Assembly (NCBI GenBank): GCA_035533335.1
Contig: DATLUC010000031.1
Span: forward strand, 45,814 to 109,813
Direction: 5' to 3'
Source: Candidatus Baltobacterales bacterium
GTDB taxonomy: Bacteria > Chloroflexota > Dormibacteria > Dormibacterales > Dormibacteraceae
DNA length: 64,000 nt
The position numbers and the translations under genes are program-made. Below, in pieces: positions 19,575 to 27,941 of this stretch. How positions within the stretch are numbered: position 1 is the first letter of the stretch; every line of letters starts with the position of its first letter. The notes under the pieces were generated by a model, which was given only the letters and a program-made list of their open reading frames with translations, ran no database searches and was not told where the DNA came from.

Positions 19575-20609
19575 CTACTCCTTGGCCGTCCAGTCGAGGA
19601 CGACCTTGCCGCACCTGCCCGAATGGGCGACCGAGAACGCCTCCTCGAACCGATGGTATGGAAAACGGTGCGTGATGACTGGCGAGATGTCCAGCCCGCT
19701 CTGCGTGAACACCGACATCTGGTACCAGGTCTCGAAGATTTGCCGGCCGTACACACCTTTCACCGTGAGCATCTTGAACACGACCTGCGTCCAGTCGATC
19801 GCGAACTCGTGGTCGGGCAGCCCCAGGATCGCGACTCGGCCGCCGTGCGCCATGGAGGCGATCATGTCGCGCAGCGCGCTCGGCTGACCTGACATCTCGA
19901 AGCCCACGTCAAAACCCTCCTTCATGCCGAGCTCCTCCTGTACCTCGGCAATGCTGGTCTTGCTGACGTCGACCGCTCGCGTCACGCCGACCTTGCGCGC
20001 AAGATCGAGCCGGTAGTCGCTGACGTCGGTGATGACCACGAAGCGGGCGCCGTTGTGGCGCGCGACCTGGGCGGCCATGATGCCGATGGGGCCCGCGCCG
20101 GTGATGAGCACGTCCTCCGCGACCAGGCGGAACTGGGTCGCGGTGTGGACCGCGTTCCCGAACGGATCGAAGATCGATGCGACGTCGAGGTCGATCTTGC
20201 CCAGGTGGGGCCATAGGTTGATCGCCGGCATGACGATCAGCTCGGCGAAAGCGCCGTCGCGCTGCACACCTATGCCGACCGTGTGCGCGCACAGGGCGCG
20301 GCGTCCGGCCATGCAGTTGCGGCACCGGCCGCAGACGATGTGACCCTCCGCTCCCACGATCTCGCCGGCAAAGACCGAAGCGACGCCTTCCCCGAGCTGC
20401 AGCACCTCGCCGACGAACTCGTGCCCGATAACGAGCGGGGGACGGATCGTCTGCTGCGCCCACTCGTTCCAGCTCTCGATGTGGAGGTCGGTGCCGCATA
20501 TGCCGGTGCGGAGCACCCGGATCAGGACCTCACCGGGGCCGGGCGTCGGGTCAGGCACCTCCTGCAGCCAGAGTCCAGGCCCAGCTTTGGCTTTGACCAG
20601 CGCCTTCAC
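19575..20609 (-). CDS. tdh: L-threonine 3-dehydrogenase
   Basis: 344-aa zinc-ADH fold ([23 protein letters not shown]) in the tdh-kbl arrangement. Confidence 0.95.
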   Translation of the reverse strand: MKALVKAKAGPGLWLQEVPDPTPGPGEVLIRVLRTGICGTDLHIESWNEWAQQTIRPPLVIGHEFVGEVLQLGEGVASVFAGEIVGAEGHIVCGRCRNCMAGRRALCAHTVGIGVQRDGAFAELIVMPAINLWPHLGKIDLDVASIFDPFGNAVHTATQFRLVAEDVLITGAGPIGIMAAQVARHNGARFVVITDVSDYRLDLARKVGVTRAVDVSKTSIAEVQEELGMKEGFDVGFEMSGQPSALRDMIASMAHGGRVAILGLPDHEFAIDWTQVVFKMLTVKGVYGRQIFETWYQMSVFTQSGLDISPVITHRFPYHRFEEAFSVAHSGRCGKVVLDWTAKE

Positions 20610-20646
20610 TGCAAGGCAGGATACTGGCAGCGCGGTGGACGAAGGG

Positions 20647-21090
20647 CTACGGGCCCTCGACCACCAGGTTCGGAAGCTCGGACCAGCCCACCACCGCCAT
20701 GACTCTTGAGATCTGCGGCGGCAGGCCCCGCAACACCAGCCGCCTGCCTCCGACGGCGTGCTCGGCGACGCCGACCATGGCGCGGATCCCGCTCACATCG
20801 GAGAATTCGAGTCGGCTCAGATCGACCTGCAGGTCGCCGTACGTGGAGGCCGCGCCGTCGAGGGCCACCGGGACGCCGTCCGGGACTGACCGCTCCATCT
20901 CACGGACCAGCACCGCGGCGACCGGGCCGGCGTTGAAATAGTCGACTGCCCCGGCGATCACAAGCCTCCCGAAGGCATCCCGCGAGATGACGACCTGCTT
21001 GTCGCTGTAAACCTGACTTCCTTCCATTCCCTCGGAAACCGAGCTCCCTTTCCCTGGTTGCCATCGACCGGTGTCTCGTACGGCTGCCAC
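20647..21090 (-). CDS. STAS-domain protein (anti-sigma-factor-antagonist-like)
   Basis: STAS-like C-terminal half ([20 protein letters not shown]...[20 protein letters not shown]). The GTG start at 21090 overlaps the TAG of the upstream small ORF. An alternative ATG lies at 21027. Confidence 0.7.
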   Translation of the reverse strand: MAAVRDTGRWQPGKGSSVSEGMEGSQVYSDKQVVISRDAFGRLVIAGAVDYFNAGPVAAVLVREMERSVPDGVPVALDGAASTYGDLQVDLSRLEFSDVSGIRAMVGVAEHAVGGRRLVLRGLPPQISRVMAVVGWSELPNLVVEGP

Positions 21091-21293
21091 TACCCCGATG
21101 CAGGTTCGGTATCGGGCGCTGAATCCGAAGCGGGGCGCCGGTCAACCGGCCTCCCGTCATCGGCCGCCCCATCCAGGCCAGAGTCGATGCGCTGGACCCA
21201 TCGATCGATCACGGCGACCCAGTGCTCGATCATGTCCTTGAGCTCGCCGTCATCGGCATCGCTCGAGAGATCACGACGCTCTACTTCGGCCAT
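21090..21293 (-). CDS. Small acidic hypothetical protein
   Basis: ATG 21293 (MAEVERRDLSSDADDGELKDMIEHWVAVIDRWVQRIDSGL...) is preceded by a purine-rich stretch. Its stop is coupled to the STAS start. Confidence 0.35.
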   Translation of the reverse strand: MAEVERRDLSSDADDGELKDMIEHWVAVIDRWVQRIDSGLDGAADDGRPVDRRPASDSAPDTEPASG

Positions 21294-21395
21294 TTCCCCC
21301 CGTCCTGAGATACCTCCGCCACACCTTTGCGAATTGAAGTGAGGAGATCTTACTACTTCCTCGATAGCTGTGCAATACCTCTCCAAGATTCAATA

Positions 21396-21425
21396 TTGTT
21401 TCCTAACGCGGGACTTTTGTAGAGT
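21396..21425 (+). promoter_or_regulatory. Candidate sigma70-type promoter for the MerR-REC/KaiC operon
   Basis: TTGTTT (21396-21401), an 18-nt spacer and TAGAGT (21420-21425) lie in the only AT-rich stretch here. GGGGAG and the TTG start (21445) follow. The palindrome CAATATTG (21391-21398) overlaps the -35. Confidence 0.3.
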
Positions 21426-21444
21426 TATATACTCAGGGGAGAAA

Positions 21445-22125
21445 TTGAGCGAAAGACAGGCTGAAGCGGTTTACAGCATCGGAGCGGTGGCGGCCATGCT
21501 CGGTATGGCGGCCTCCACGCTGCGCGCCTGGGAGGATCGCTATGGGGTGATCACCCCCGCGCGCAGCGAGGGATCGCAGCGCCTGTACTCGCGCGACCAA
21601 GTGGAGCAGCTGCGGTTCATCAAGGCGCAGCTGGAGCAGGGCGCCAGCGCCGCCGACGCGCACCGGCTTTTGGCCCAGGAGCTGGCCGCCGGCCGCATAC
21701 CCCCCGCCGCCGCTGACGCCAACGTCGACGGCCGCCACCTCGTGCTCCTTGCCGACCGCGATCCCTACGCCGCCGACCTGGCCGAATACTTCCTGCGCAC
21801 AGAAGGCTATGAGGTCGTCACCGCGCTCGACGCGACCCAGGCCAAGGTTCAGTTCGGGGAGCGGTCTCCGCAGGTGGTCCTGCTCGACCTGCTCATCTCG
21901 GGTGGCGCCGGCTTCCGGCTGCTCGGCGAGTTCGTGGCGGCCGGCTCGGCGAGGGTGATTGCGGTCTCGGCCATCGACAGCGCCGAAGAGGCGATGCGCT
22001 CCGGGGCGGCGGCGTTCCTGCGCAAGCCCCTCGAGCCGCTGGAGCTCGTGTCGACCGTCCGCGACCTGCTGGGCACCAGCGCCCTTGCCCGCCAATCGCG
22101 GCGAGCGGCGCAACCCGCCACTTGA
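21445..22125 (+). CDS. MerR-family HTH fused to a response-regulator receiver domain
   Basis: N-terminus YSIGAVAAMLGMAASTLRAWEDRYGVITPARSEGSQRLYSRDQVEQLRFIK (MerR HTH). C-terminus LVLLADRDP...VVLLDLLISGGAGF...VIAVSA...FLRKPLEP (REC with Asp, Ser/Thr and Lys positions). TTG start after GGGGAG. Confidence 0.8.
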   Translation: MSERQAEAVYSIGAVAAMLGMAASTLRAWEDRYGVITPARSEGSQRLYSRDQVEQLRFIKAQLEQGASAADAHRLLAQELAAGRIPPAAADANVDGRHLVLLADRDPYAADLAEYFLRTEGYEVVTALDATQAKVQFGERSPQVVLLDLLISGGAGFRLLGEFVAAGSARVIAVSAIDSAEEAMRSGAAAFLRKPLEPLELVSTVRDLLGTSALARQSRRAAQPAT

Positions 22126-23513
22126 ACGACCGCCTCCCGAGCGGCAACGCGCGCCTCGACGAGATCCTCAACGGGGGCCTGCTCAAGAACGCGATCAACC
22201 TCATCGTCGGCGTGCCAGGGAGCGGCAAGACCATCCTCAGCCAGCAGTTCGTCTTCCATAACGCGAGCGCTAAGCAAAGGGCGCTGTACCTCTCGACCCT
22301 GTCGGAGCCGCTCGACAAGATCCTTCGCTACGGGGAATCGCTGAGCTTCTTCGACAAGGCCGCCATCCGCGACGGGCACATCGTCTACGAGGACCTCGGC
22401 CAGGTCCTCGGTGAGCAGGGGCTCGACGACGTGCTGGAGGCGATCGGCGGGTACTTGAAAGAGGTGCGCCCGGCGGTCGTGGTGTTCGACAGCTTCCGGG
22501 CCTTCCACGCGCTGGCCCCTGACGCGATGGCCTTTCGGCGCTTCCTCTACGGGCTCACCCGCCGGCTGACCGCCAGCGCGACCACCTCGATCTGGAACGC
22601 GCCCTATTCGCGGGTGGAAGCTGTCAATGAGGCCGAGTTCGCCGTGGCCGACGCCATCCTCGCTTTGGACATCAAGCAGATCGCGGAGCGTGAGATCCGC
22701 GTCCTCCAGGTGCTCAAGCTGCGGGGCAGCAGCTATCGATCGGGCGAGCACGCATACCGCATCTCGGGACACGGCTTCGACGTCTTTCCACGGCTGGCCG
22801 ACGCGCAGGATCACTCCCGCTACGACCTCAGCGAGACTCGGGTGGCGACAGGGATCAAGGCGCTCGACGACCTGCTGGGCGAGGGCGGCTACTGGGCCGG
22901 CGCCTCAACCCTGATCGCCGGGCCCTCGGGCATCGGCAAGACCCTCATGGGGCTCCATTTCCTGTTCCACGGGGCGGCGCGCGGCGAGCCGGGCATCCTC
23001 GCCGCCTTCCAGGAGAACGAGTCGCAGCTCGCCAGGATCGTGAAAAGCTTCGGCTGGTCGCTCGACAACAAGAATGTCCACGTGCTGAGCCGCAGCGTCG
23101 TCGACATGTACATAGATGAATGGGTCTACGAGCTGCTCGACCTCATCGAAAGCTCGGGGGCCAAACGCATCGTCATCGACAGCCTTCCGGACCTGATCAG
23201 CACCGCCGCCGACCCTGTCCGCTTCCGCGAGTGGATGTTCTCGCTGTCGCAGCGATGCGCCCGCGCCGGCATCAGCCTGATGATGGTCGTCGAGGTGCCC
23301 GACCTCTTCCAGCTGCGCCGTATCTCCGAGCATGGCATCTCACACCTGACCGACAACGTCGTCCTCCTTCAGTACGTGCAGGAGGGGCCTGAGCTCGCTC
23401 GCGCCCTCACCGTGCTCAAGACCCGAGCCATGCGGCACCGGCCCGTGGTCCACCGTTACGACATCACCGACCAGGGGTTCGTCCTGGGAGACGTGCTAAG
23501 CGTTACGCGCTGA
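22122..23513 (+). CDS. KaiC-like double-domain RecA-superfamily ATPase
   Basis: Two tandem KaiC/RecA-like domains with Walker A motifs GVPGSGKT and GPSGIGKT. The TTG start overlaps the upstream stop (TTGA). Confidence 0.9.
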   Translation: MNDRLPSGNARLDEILNGGLLKNAINLIVGVPGSGKTILSQQFVFHNASAKQRALYLSTLSEPLDKILRYGESLSFFDKAAIRDGHIVYEDLGQVLGEQGLDDVLEAIGGYLKEVRPAVVVFDSFRAFHALAPDAMAFRRFLYGLTRRLTASATTSIWNAPYSRVEAVNEAEFAVADAILALDIKQIAEREIRVLQVLKLRGSSYRSGEHAYRISGHGFDVFPRLADAQDHSRYDLSETRVATGIKALDDLLGEGGYWAGASTLIAGPSGIGKTLMGLHFLFHGAARGEPGILAAFQENESQLARIVKSFGWSLDNKNVHVLSRSVVDMYIDEWVYELLDLIESSGAKRIVIDSLPDLISTAADPVRFREWMFSLSQRCARAGISLMMVVEVPDLFQLRRISEHGISHLTDNVVLLQYVQEGPELARALTVLKTRAMRHRPVVHRYDITDQGFVLGDVLSVTR

Positions 23514-23703
23514 GGCGCACTCCGGGCAGAGCCGGCCGAACAGCAGCCGGTGGTCGATCGCCTTCTACTCACCGCACCCGGTGAGCTTCTTCATCACTTC
23601 GCTGGCCTTCGCGACCTACCTGGCCGTGCGCACCGCGGAGCCGGCGCGATCGTGGGCCCTGCGACGCGCGAGCGCCTGATCGTCAGACCTGCCTTCGCTA
23701 TGG

Positions 23704-24906
23704 TTGGGCGAGATGTGGTGGCGGGTGGGGATCGTGCTGATGGCGGCCGCCGTCGGCGTGGCTGCCTGGAGCTATCTCCGTCCCATACCTGCAGTCGCGG
23801 CCGTCGCAGCGCTGCCCGCGACCGACAACGTGCCCGGCAGCTCTCCGCCGCTTCCATGGCCGAGCCGCGGCTCGGCGGCGGTTTCCGTATCCGGCCTGGG
23901 CTTCATCGGCACGTCTGGGAACGAGCAGCCGATTCCGGCGGAGAGCGTCACCAAGGTGATGACCGCGCTGCTCGTGCTCGAGGACAGGCCGTTGAAGCTG
24001 GGGGAAAGCGGGCCCGTGATCACCCTTACGAATACCGACGTCGAGTATTACCTGAGCGACCTCGCGGACCAGGGGTCGGTGGTCCCGGTGCGGAGCGGCG
24101 AGCAGATCTCTGAGCTGCAGGCGCTCCAGGGCCTGCTGCTCCCCTCCGCCAACAACCTCGCCGAGTCACTGGCTCGGTGGGACGTGGGCTCCGTCGCGGC
24201 CTTCGTGACCAAGATGAATGCGCGAGCCAAGGCCCTTGGGCTCATACACACTAATTTCGCCGACACGTCCGGCGCCAACCCTCAGACCGTGAGCACGCCC
24301 ACCGACCTCATGACGCTCGGGATCGCCGCCATGAAGCAGGAGGTGTTCGCGCAGGTGGTCGCGATGAGCCAGACAGAGCTGCCGGTCGCAGGCACCGTCT
24401 ACAACGTGGACGCCGTCCTAGGCCAGGAGGGGATCATCGGCATGAAGACCGGCTCCGGGCTCAGCACGGGCGCCAACTTTCTCTTCGCCGCCCTTCTACC
24501 GGTGGACGGCCATACGATCACGCTGTTCGGCTGCGTGATGGGACAGGCCACCCTATCCACCGCGTTTTCCGCCGCGAAGACGCTGCTGGCGGCCATGCAG
24601 GCCGCGCTTCACGTACGCCGCGTGATCGCGCGGAACCAGACCGTCGCGACTTACCGCACGCCCTGGGGCCCACAGACCGATCTGGTCTCGACTGTGGACG
24701 TCGACCTCGTGGAATGGCCGGCCATGGTCCTGCGGCAGCGCCTGCAGGCGAGATCGATCGTCGTGGACCAGCCGCTGCCGGCCGGCTCGCAGGAGGGGGT
24801 CGAGCATCTGGTCCTCGGCGACTACGTGCTGGACGTGCCCCTGGCTACCGCGGGCCCGCTCTACCCGCCAGGACGCTTCTGGAGGTTGACCCGGATTGGC
24901 GCCTGA
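23704..24906 (+). CDS. D-alanyl-D-alanine carboxypeptidase (serine peptidase S11, PBP5-like)
   Basis: N-terminal TM/signal segment plus SVTK (SxxK), SANN (SxN) and KTGS (KTG) motifs. Confidence 0.85.
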   Translation: MGEMWWRVGIVLMAAAVGVAAWSYLRPIPAVAAVAALPATDNVPGSSPPLPWPSRGSAAVSVSGLGFIGTSGNEQPIPAESVTKVMTALLVLEDRPLKLGESGPVITLTNTDVEYYLSDLADQGSVVPVRSGEQISELQALQGLLLPSANNLAESLARWDVGSVAAFVTKMNARAKALGLIHTNFADTSGANPQTVSTPTDLMTLGIAAMKQEVFAQVVAMSQTELPVAGTVYNVDAVLGQEGIIGMKTGSGLSTGANFLFAALLPVDGHTITLFGCVMGQATLSTAFSAAKTLLAAMQAALHVRRVIARNQTVATYRTPWGPQTDLVSTVDVDLVEWPAMVLRQRLQARSIVVDQPLPAGSQEGVEHLVLGDYVLDVPLATAGPLYPPGRFWRLTRIGA

Positions 24907-24972
24907 GGCGCCGCCTCGAGGGATCGAATGAAGCGCCGCTATGATCGAAAAGTGATCTCGCCTTTACACGAC

Positions 24973-25233
24973 GTGCGCATCGAATATTGCGTCCCTTGAG
25001 ACTACCTTGACCAGGCCGTGAGCCTGGCCGGCGAGCTGCTGAGCCGCTGGGCGCCCATCATGCGGGCGGTCGAGCTGCAGAGTGGGAGCAAGGGCCGTTT
25101 CGAGGTGTCGCTCGACGGCAGCCTGGTGTTCAGCAAGGAGACCGCCGGGCGCTTCCCCAAACCCGGCGAGGTGGCTGCTCTGTTCGAGAAGAAGCTCGGG
25201 CCGGCGCTCGACTGGCGGCAGTCTTCGACCTGA
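24973..25233 (+). CDS. SelW/Rdx-family thioredoxin-fold protein with an in-frame TGA in the CxxU position (candidate selenoprotein)
   Basis: The track shows only 25018..25233. The same frame from GTG 24973 reads MRIEYCVP-[TGA 24997-24999]-DYLDQAVSLAGELLSRWAPIMRAVELQSGSKGRFEVSLDGSLVFSKETAGRFPKPGEV... Total length would be 86 aa. Confidence 0.75.
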
Positions 25234-25357
25234 GGCAAAAGACAAACCCCGGCTACCAGGAGTAGCCTGCCCGCGAATTGATCAGCGACCAATCCCGCCC
25301 TTCCGACCGTTTTCGATCTGAGCGTTCAGATAAAACGCGTGGTCGATCTATCGGCCA

Positions 25358-26002
25358 GTGATCGGAGGGATTCCCAAATTGCTAGTACAACCCCCCGTAC
25401 AGCAGATCAAGGGATGGTTCGACGCGGTCGCCGTTCTCGGTCTCAAGGTTAAGGACCGGGAATCGCGCCAGCACAATCTTCGCGTCGCCCGGCTCTGCGT
25501 GCACATCGGCCGCCAGATGTCGATGAGCGCCGCCGAGCTCAGGGTCCTCGCCCGGGCCGGGCTCCTGCATGACATCGGAAAGGTCGGGATTCCCGACGCC
25601 GTGCTCGGCAAGCACACCGCCTTGGACGAGTCGGAGTGGATCCTGATGCGATGTCACCCGGAGATGGGCCTGAACTTGCTCGACCGTGCCGGACAGTCGA
25701 GCCGCGAAGTGCTCGCGGTGCTGTATCACCACGAACGCCTCGACGGGAGCGGCTATCCGTACGGCCTGACCTCGGATTCCATTCCGCTCGAGGCGCGCAT
25801 CGTGGCCGTCGCCGACACGTACGACGCCCTGACCTCGGACCGGCCCTACCGCAAGGCGTGCTGCCAACACCAGGCGCGGCGGGTCTTGCACGAGGAGGCC
25901 GGGTTGCGCCTCGACGCCAGTGCGGTCACCGCCCTGTGCGCCGCCCTCGACGCCCAGACCACCACGTTGCGCCCCGCCACGAGCAAAGCCCTGGCCTCCT
26001 AG
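25358..26002 (+). CDS. HD-GYP domain protein (putative c-di-GMP phosphodiesterase)
   Basis: Motifs HNLRVARL, LLHDIGKVGIPD, HHERLDGSGYPYG and DTYDALTSDRPYRKA. Confidence 0.85.
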   Translation: MIGGIPKLLVQPPVQQIKGWFDAVAVLGLKVKDRESRQHNLRVARLCVHIGRQMSMSAAELRVLARAGLLHDIGKVGIPDAVLGKHTALDESEWILMRCHPEMGLNLLDRAGQSSREVLAVLYHHERLDGSGYPYGLTSDSIPLEARIVAVADTYDALTSDRPYRKACCQHQARRVLHEEAGLRLDASAVTALCAALDAQTTTLRPATSKALAS

Positions 26003-26097
26003 TGCTCACCCGCCGGAGGCTCGGACGAACCGCACCATCTTGGCGGCTCTGGTCCTATTAGCCCAACCCGCGGCGCGGGATGGCTCACCATTAGAGG

Positions 26098-26928
26098 GTG
26101 AAGTTCGGCATCGCGATCTTTCCGACCGACTACGCGATCTCGATGACGGAGCTCGGACCTGCCGTCGAGGATCGCGGCTTCGAGTCGCTTTGGGTCGCGG
26201 AGCACTCTCACATCCCGGCCAGCCGGGAATCGAAGTGGCCGGGCGGAGCCGATCTGCCCAAGCAGTACTGGCACTCCATGGACCCCTTCATCGCGCTGAC
26301 AGTGGCCGCCGCAGCCACCAGGAAGCTCCTGATCGCCACCGGCATCTGCCTTGTCATCCAGCGCGACACCATCCAGACCGCCAAGCAGGTGGCAAGCCTT
26401 GACTTCGTATCAGGCGGGCGCTTCATCTTCGGGGTCGGCGCAGGTTGGAACCGCGAGGAGATGGCCGACCACGGCACGGATTTCAGCACTCGCTGGACGC
26501 TGCTGCGCGAGAAGGTCGAGGCGATGAAGGCGATCTGGACGCAGGACCAAGCCGAGTACCACGGCTCGATGGTCGATTTCGGCCCGATGTGGGCCTGGCC
26601 CAGGCCGGTCCAGAAACCTCACCCGCCGATCGTCCTCGGGGGCAGCGGCCCCAAGATCCTCGAGCGAGTGGTGCGCTACGCCGATGGATGGATGCCCAAC
26701 CGCGGCGATGTCATCGAGCGAATCCCGGAGCTGCAGGAGCTGGCCAAAGCCGCCGGCCGCTCGCCCATCCCTGTCAGCTACTACCCCAAGCCCGATGCCG
26801 CGGAGATCGAGCGTCTCGCCAAGGCCGGCGTCGAAAGGCTCATCTACTACGTCCCGCCCGATGGTCGCGATGTGGCGCTGGCCAAGCTGGACGAGCTGGC
26901 CGAGATGGTCCGCCCCTACCTCGGCTAG
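26098..26928 (+). CDS. LLM-class (luciferase-like) F420-dependent oxidoreductase
   Basis: 276 aa starting MKFGIAIFPTDY, with ESLWVAEHSHIP and GVGAGWNREE, typical of the F420-dependent LLM subfamily. GTG start. Confidence 0.85.
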   Translation: MKFGIAIFPTDYAISMTELGPAVEDRGFESLWVAEHSHIPASRESKWPGGADLPKQYWHSMDPFIALTVAAAATRKLLIATGICLVIQRDTIQTAKQVASLDFVSGGRFIFGVGAGWNREEMADHGTDFSTRWTLLREKVEAMKAIWTQDQAEYHGSMVDFGPMWAWPRPVQKPHPPIVLGGSGPKILERVVRYADGWMPNRGDVIERIPELQELAKAAGRSPIPVSYYPKPDAAEIERLAKAGVERLIYYVPPDGRDVALAKLDELAEMVRPYLG

Positions 26929-27929
26929 CGACCTTCCAGCAGGGTGCGCGGGATGGAATCCCACGTGCCGCCGGTCCGCCTGAAGGCGATCCCGGACAGC
27001 ATCTCGAGCACCACCCGGTTCGCGAGGAACGAGGTGATCTCGGCGGAGTCGTAGGCCGGGGCGACCTCGACCACGTCCACGCCGACCACGGGCAGCTCGA
27101 TCGCGATGCGCCGCACGGCGTCGAGGAGCTGGCGGCCCGTGAGTCCACCCGGCTCAGGGGTCCCGGTCCCCGGCGCCATGCCGGGGTCGACCACGTCGAG
27201 GTCCACGGAAACGAAGACGCCGTCGCAATCGTCGACGGCGATGGCGAAGGCCTCCTCGAGTACCGCGTCGAGCCCGCGCGAGACGACCTCGTGCATCTCG
27301 AAGGACCGCATCCCCTGCTCGGCCATCCACTGCAGGGTCGGCGGCTCGGGCCAGTAGCCCCGCAGGCCGACCTGGAGGAAGCGGTCGCCGCGACAAGCGC
27401 CCGACTCGATCAGGCGGCGCATGGGAAGGCCGTGGCCGATGAGGCTGCCGAACTGGATGTCGCCCGTGTCGGCGTGGGCGTCGAAGTGGATCACGGAGAC
27501 CCTGCCCCAGCCCCTGGCGCGTGCCACTCCGGTGACGTCTGGCCAGGTGATGGTGTGGTCGCCGCCGAGAACCAGGGGGATCGCGCCCGCGTCGGCGGCG
27601 GCCTGCACGGCACGCTCGAGCGCATCCAGCGCGGCACGTCCCTCGACGCCCGGCATCTCGATGTCGCCCGCGTCCACCACCCGCATGTCGCGGAGCGGGT
27701 CGACGCGCAGCGCGAGGTGAGGTCGCGACGAGTCGTGCGGCAGCTAGTCGGTGGTGCGGATCAGCCGGGGCCCGAACCGCGCGCCGGCGCGGTACAAGGT
27801 CCCTGCGTCGTAGGGCGCTCCGATGATCACGACGTCCGCGCCCTCGAAGGTCGAGCGGTCCTCGAGGTCGCACCGGTCGACCCCTAAAAAGGTCACGTCC
27901 GGGCCGTACATGCCTCCGAGGCGCGGCAC
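26925..27929 (-). pseudogene. Agmatinase/ureohydrolase-family gene with an in-frame amber codon (TAG at 27744-27746)
   Basis: Track ORFs 27744..27929 and 26925..27686 are in the same frame. Manual translation across the gap gives GARFGPRLIRTTD-[TAG]-LPHDSSRPHLALRVDPLRDMRVVDAGD. The Mn-binding motifs (GGDHTIT, HFDAHADT, SVDLDVVDP) lie downstream of the stop. Confidence 0.8.
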
Positions 27930-27941
27930 GCGTTTACCCCT

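Noticed and set aside
22122-23513. A cyanobacterial-type KaiABC circadian oscillator
   Set aside because: No kaiA or kaiB homolog is present on either side. Only a KaiC-like ATPase is, so I call it KaiC-like and make no clock claim.
23514-23703. Membrane-protein-like reading frame (WSIAFYSPHPVSFFITSLAFATYLAVRT...) in the gap after KaiC
   Set aside because: It is only about 45 codons with no start codon, Shine-Dalgarno or family motif. It could be a relic, but the evidence is too thin to report as a feature.
27744-27746. Pyrrolysine or amber reassignment at the TAG inside the agmatinase-family gene
   Set aside because: There is one occurrence only and no pyl genes in the window. The flanking sequence is consistent with a simple Tyr-codon mutation. 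I treat it as a nonsense mutation or sequencing error unless genome-wide data say otherwise.
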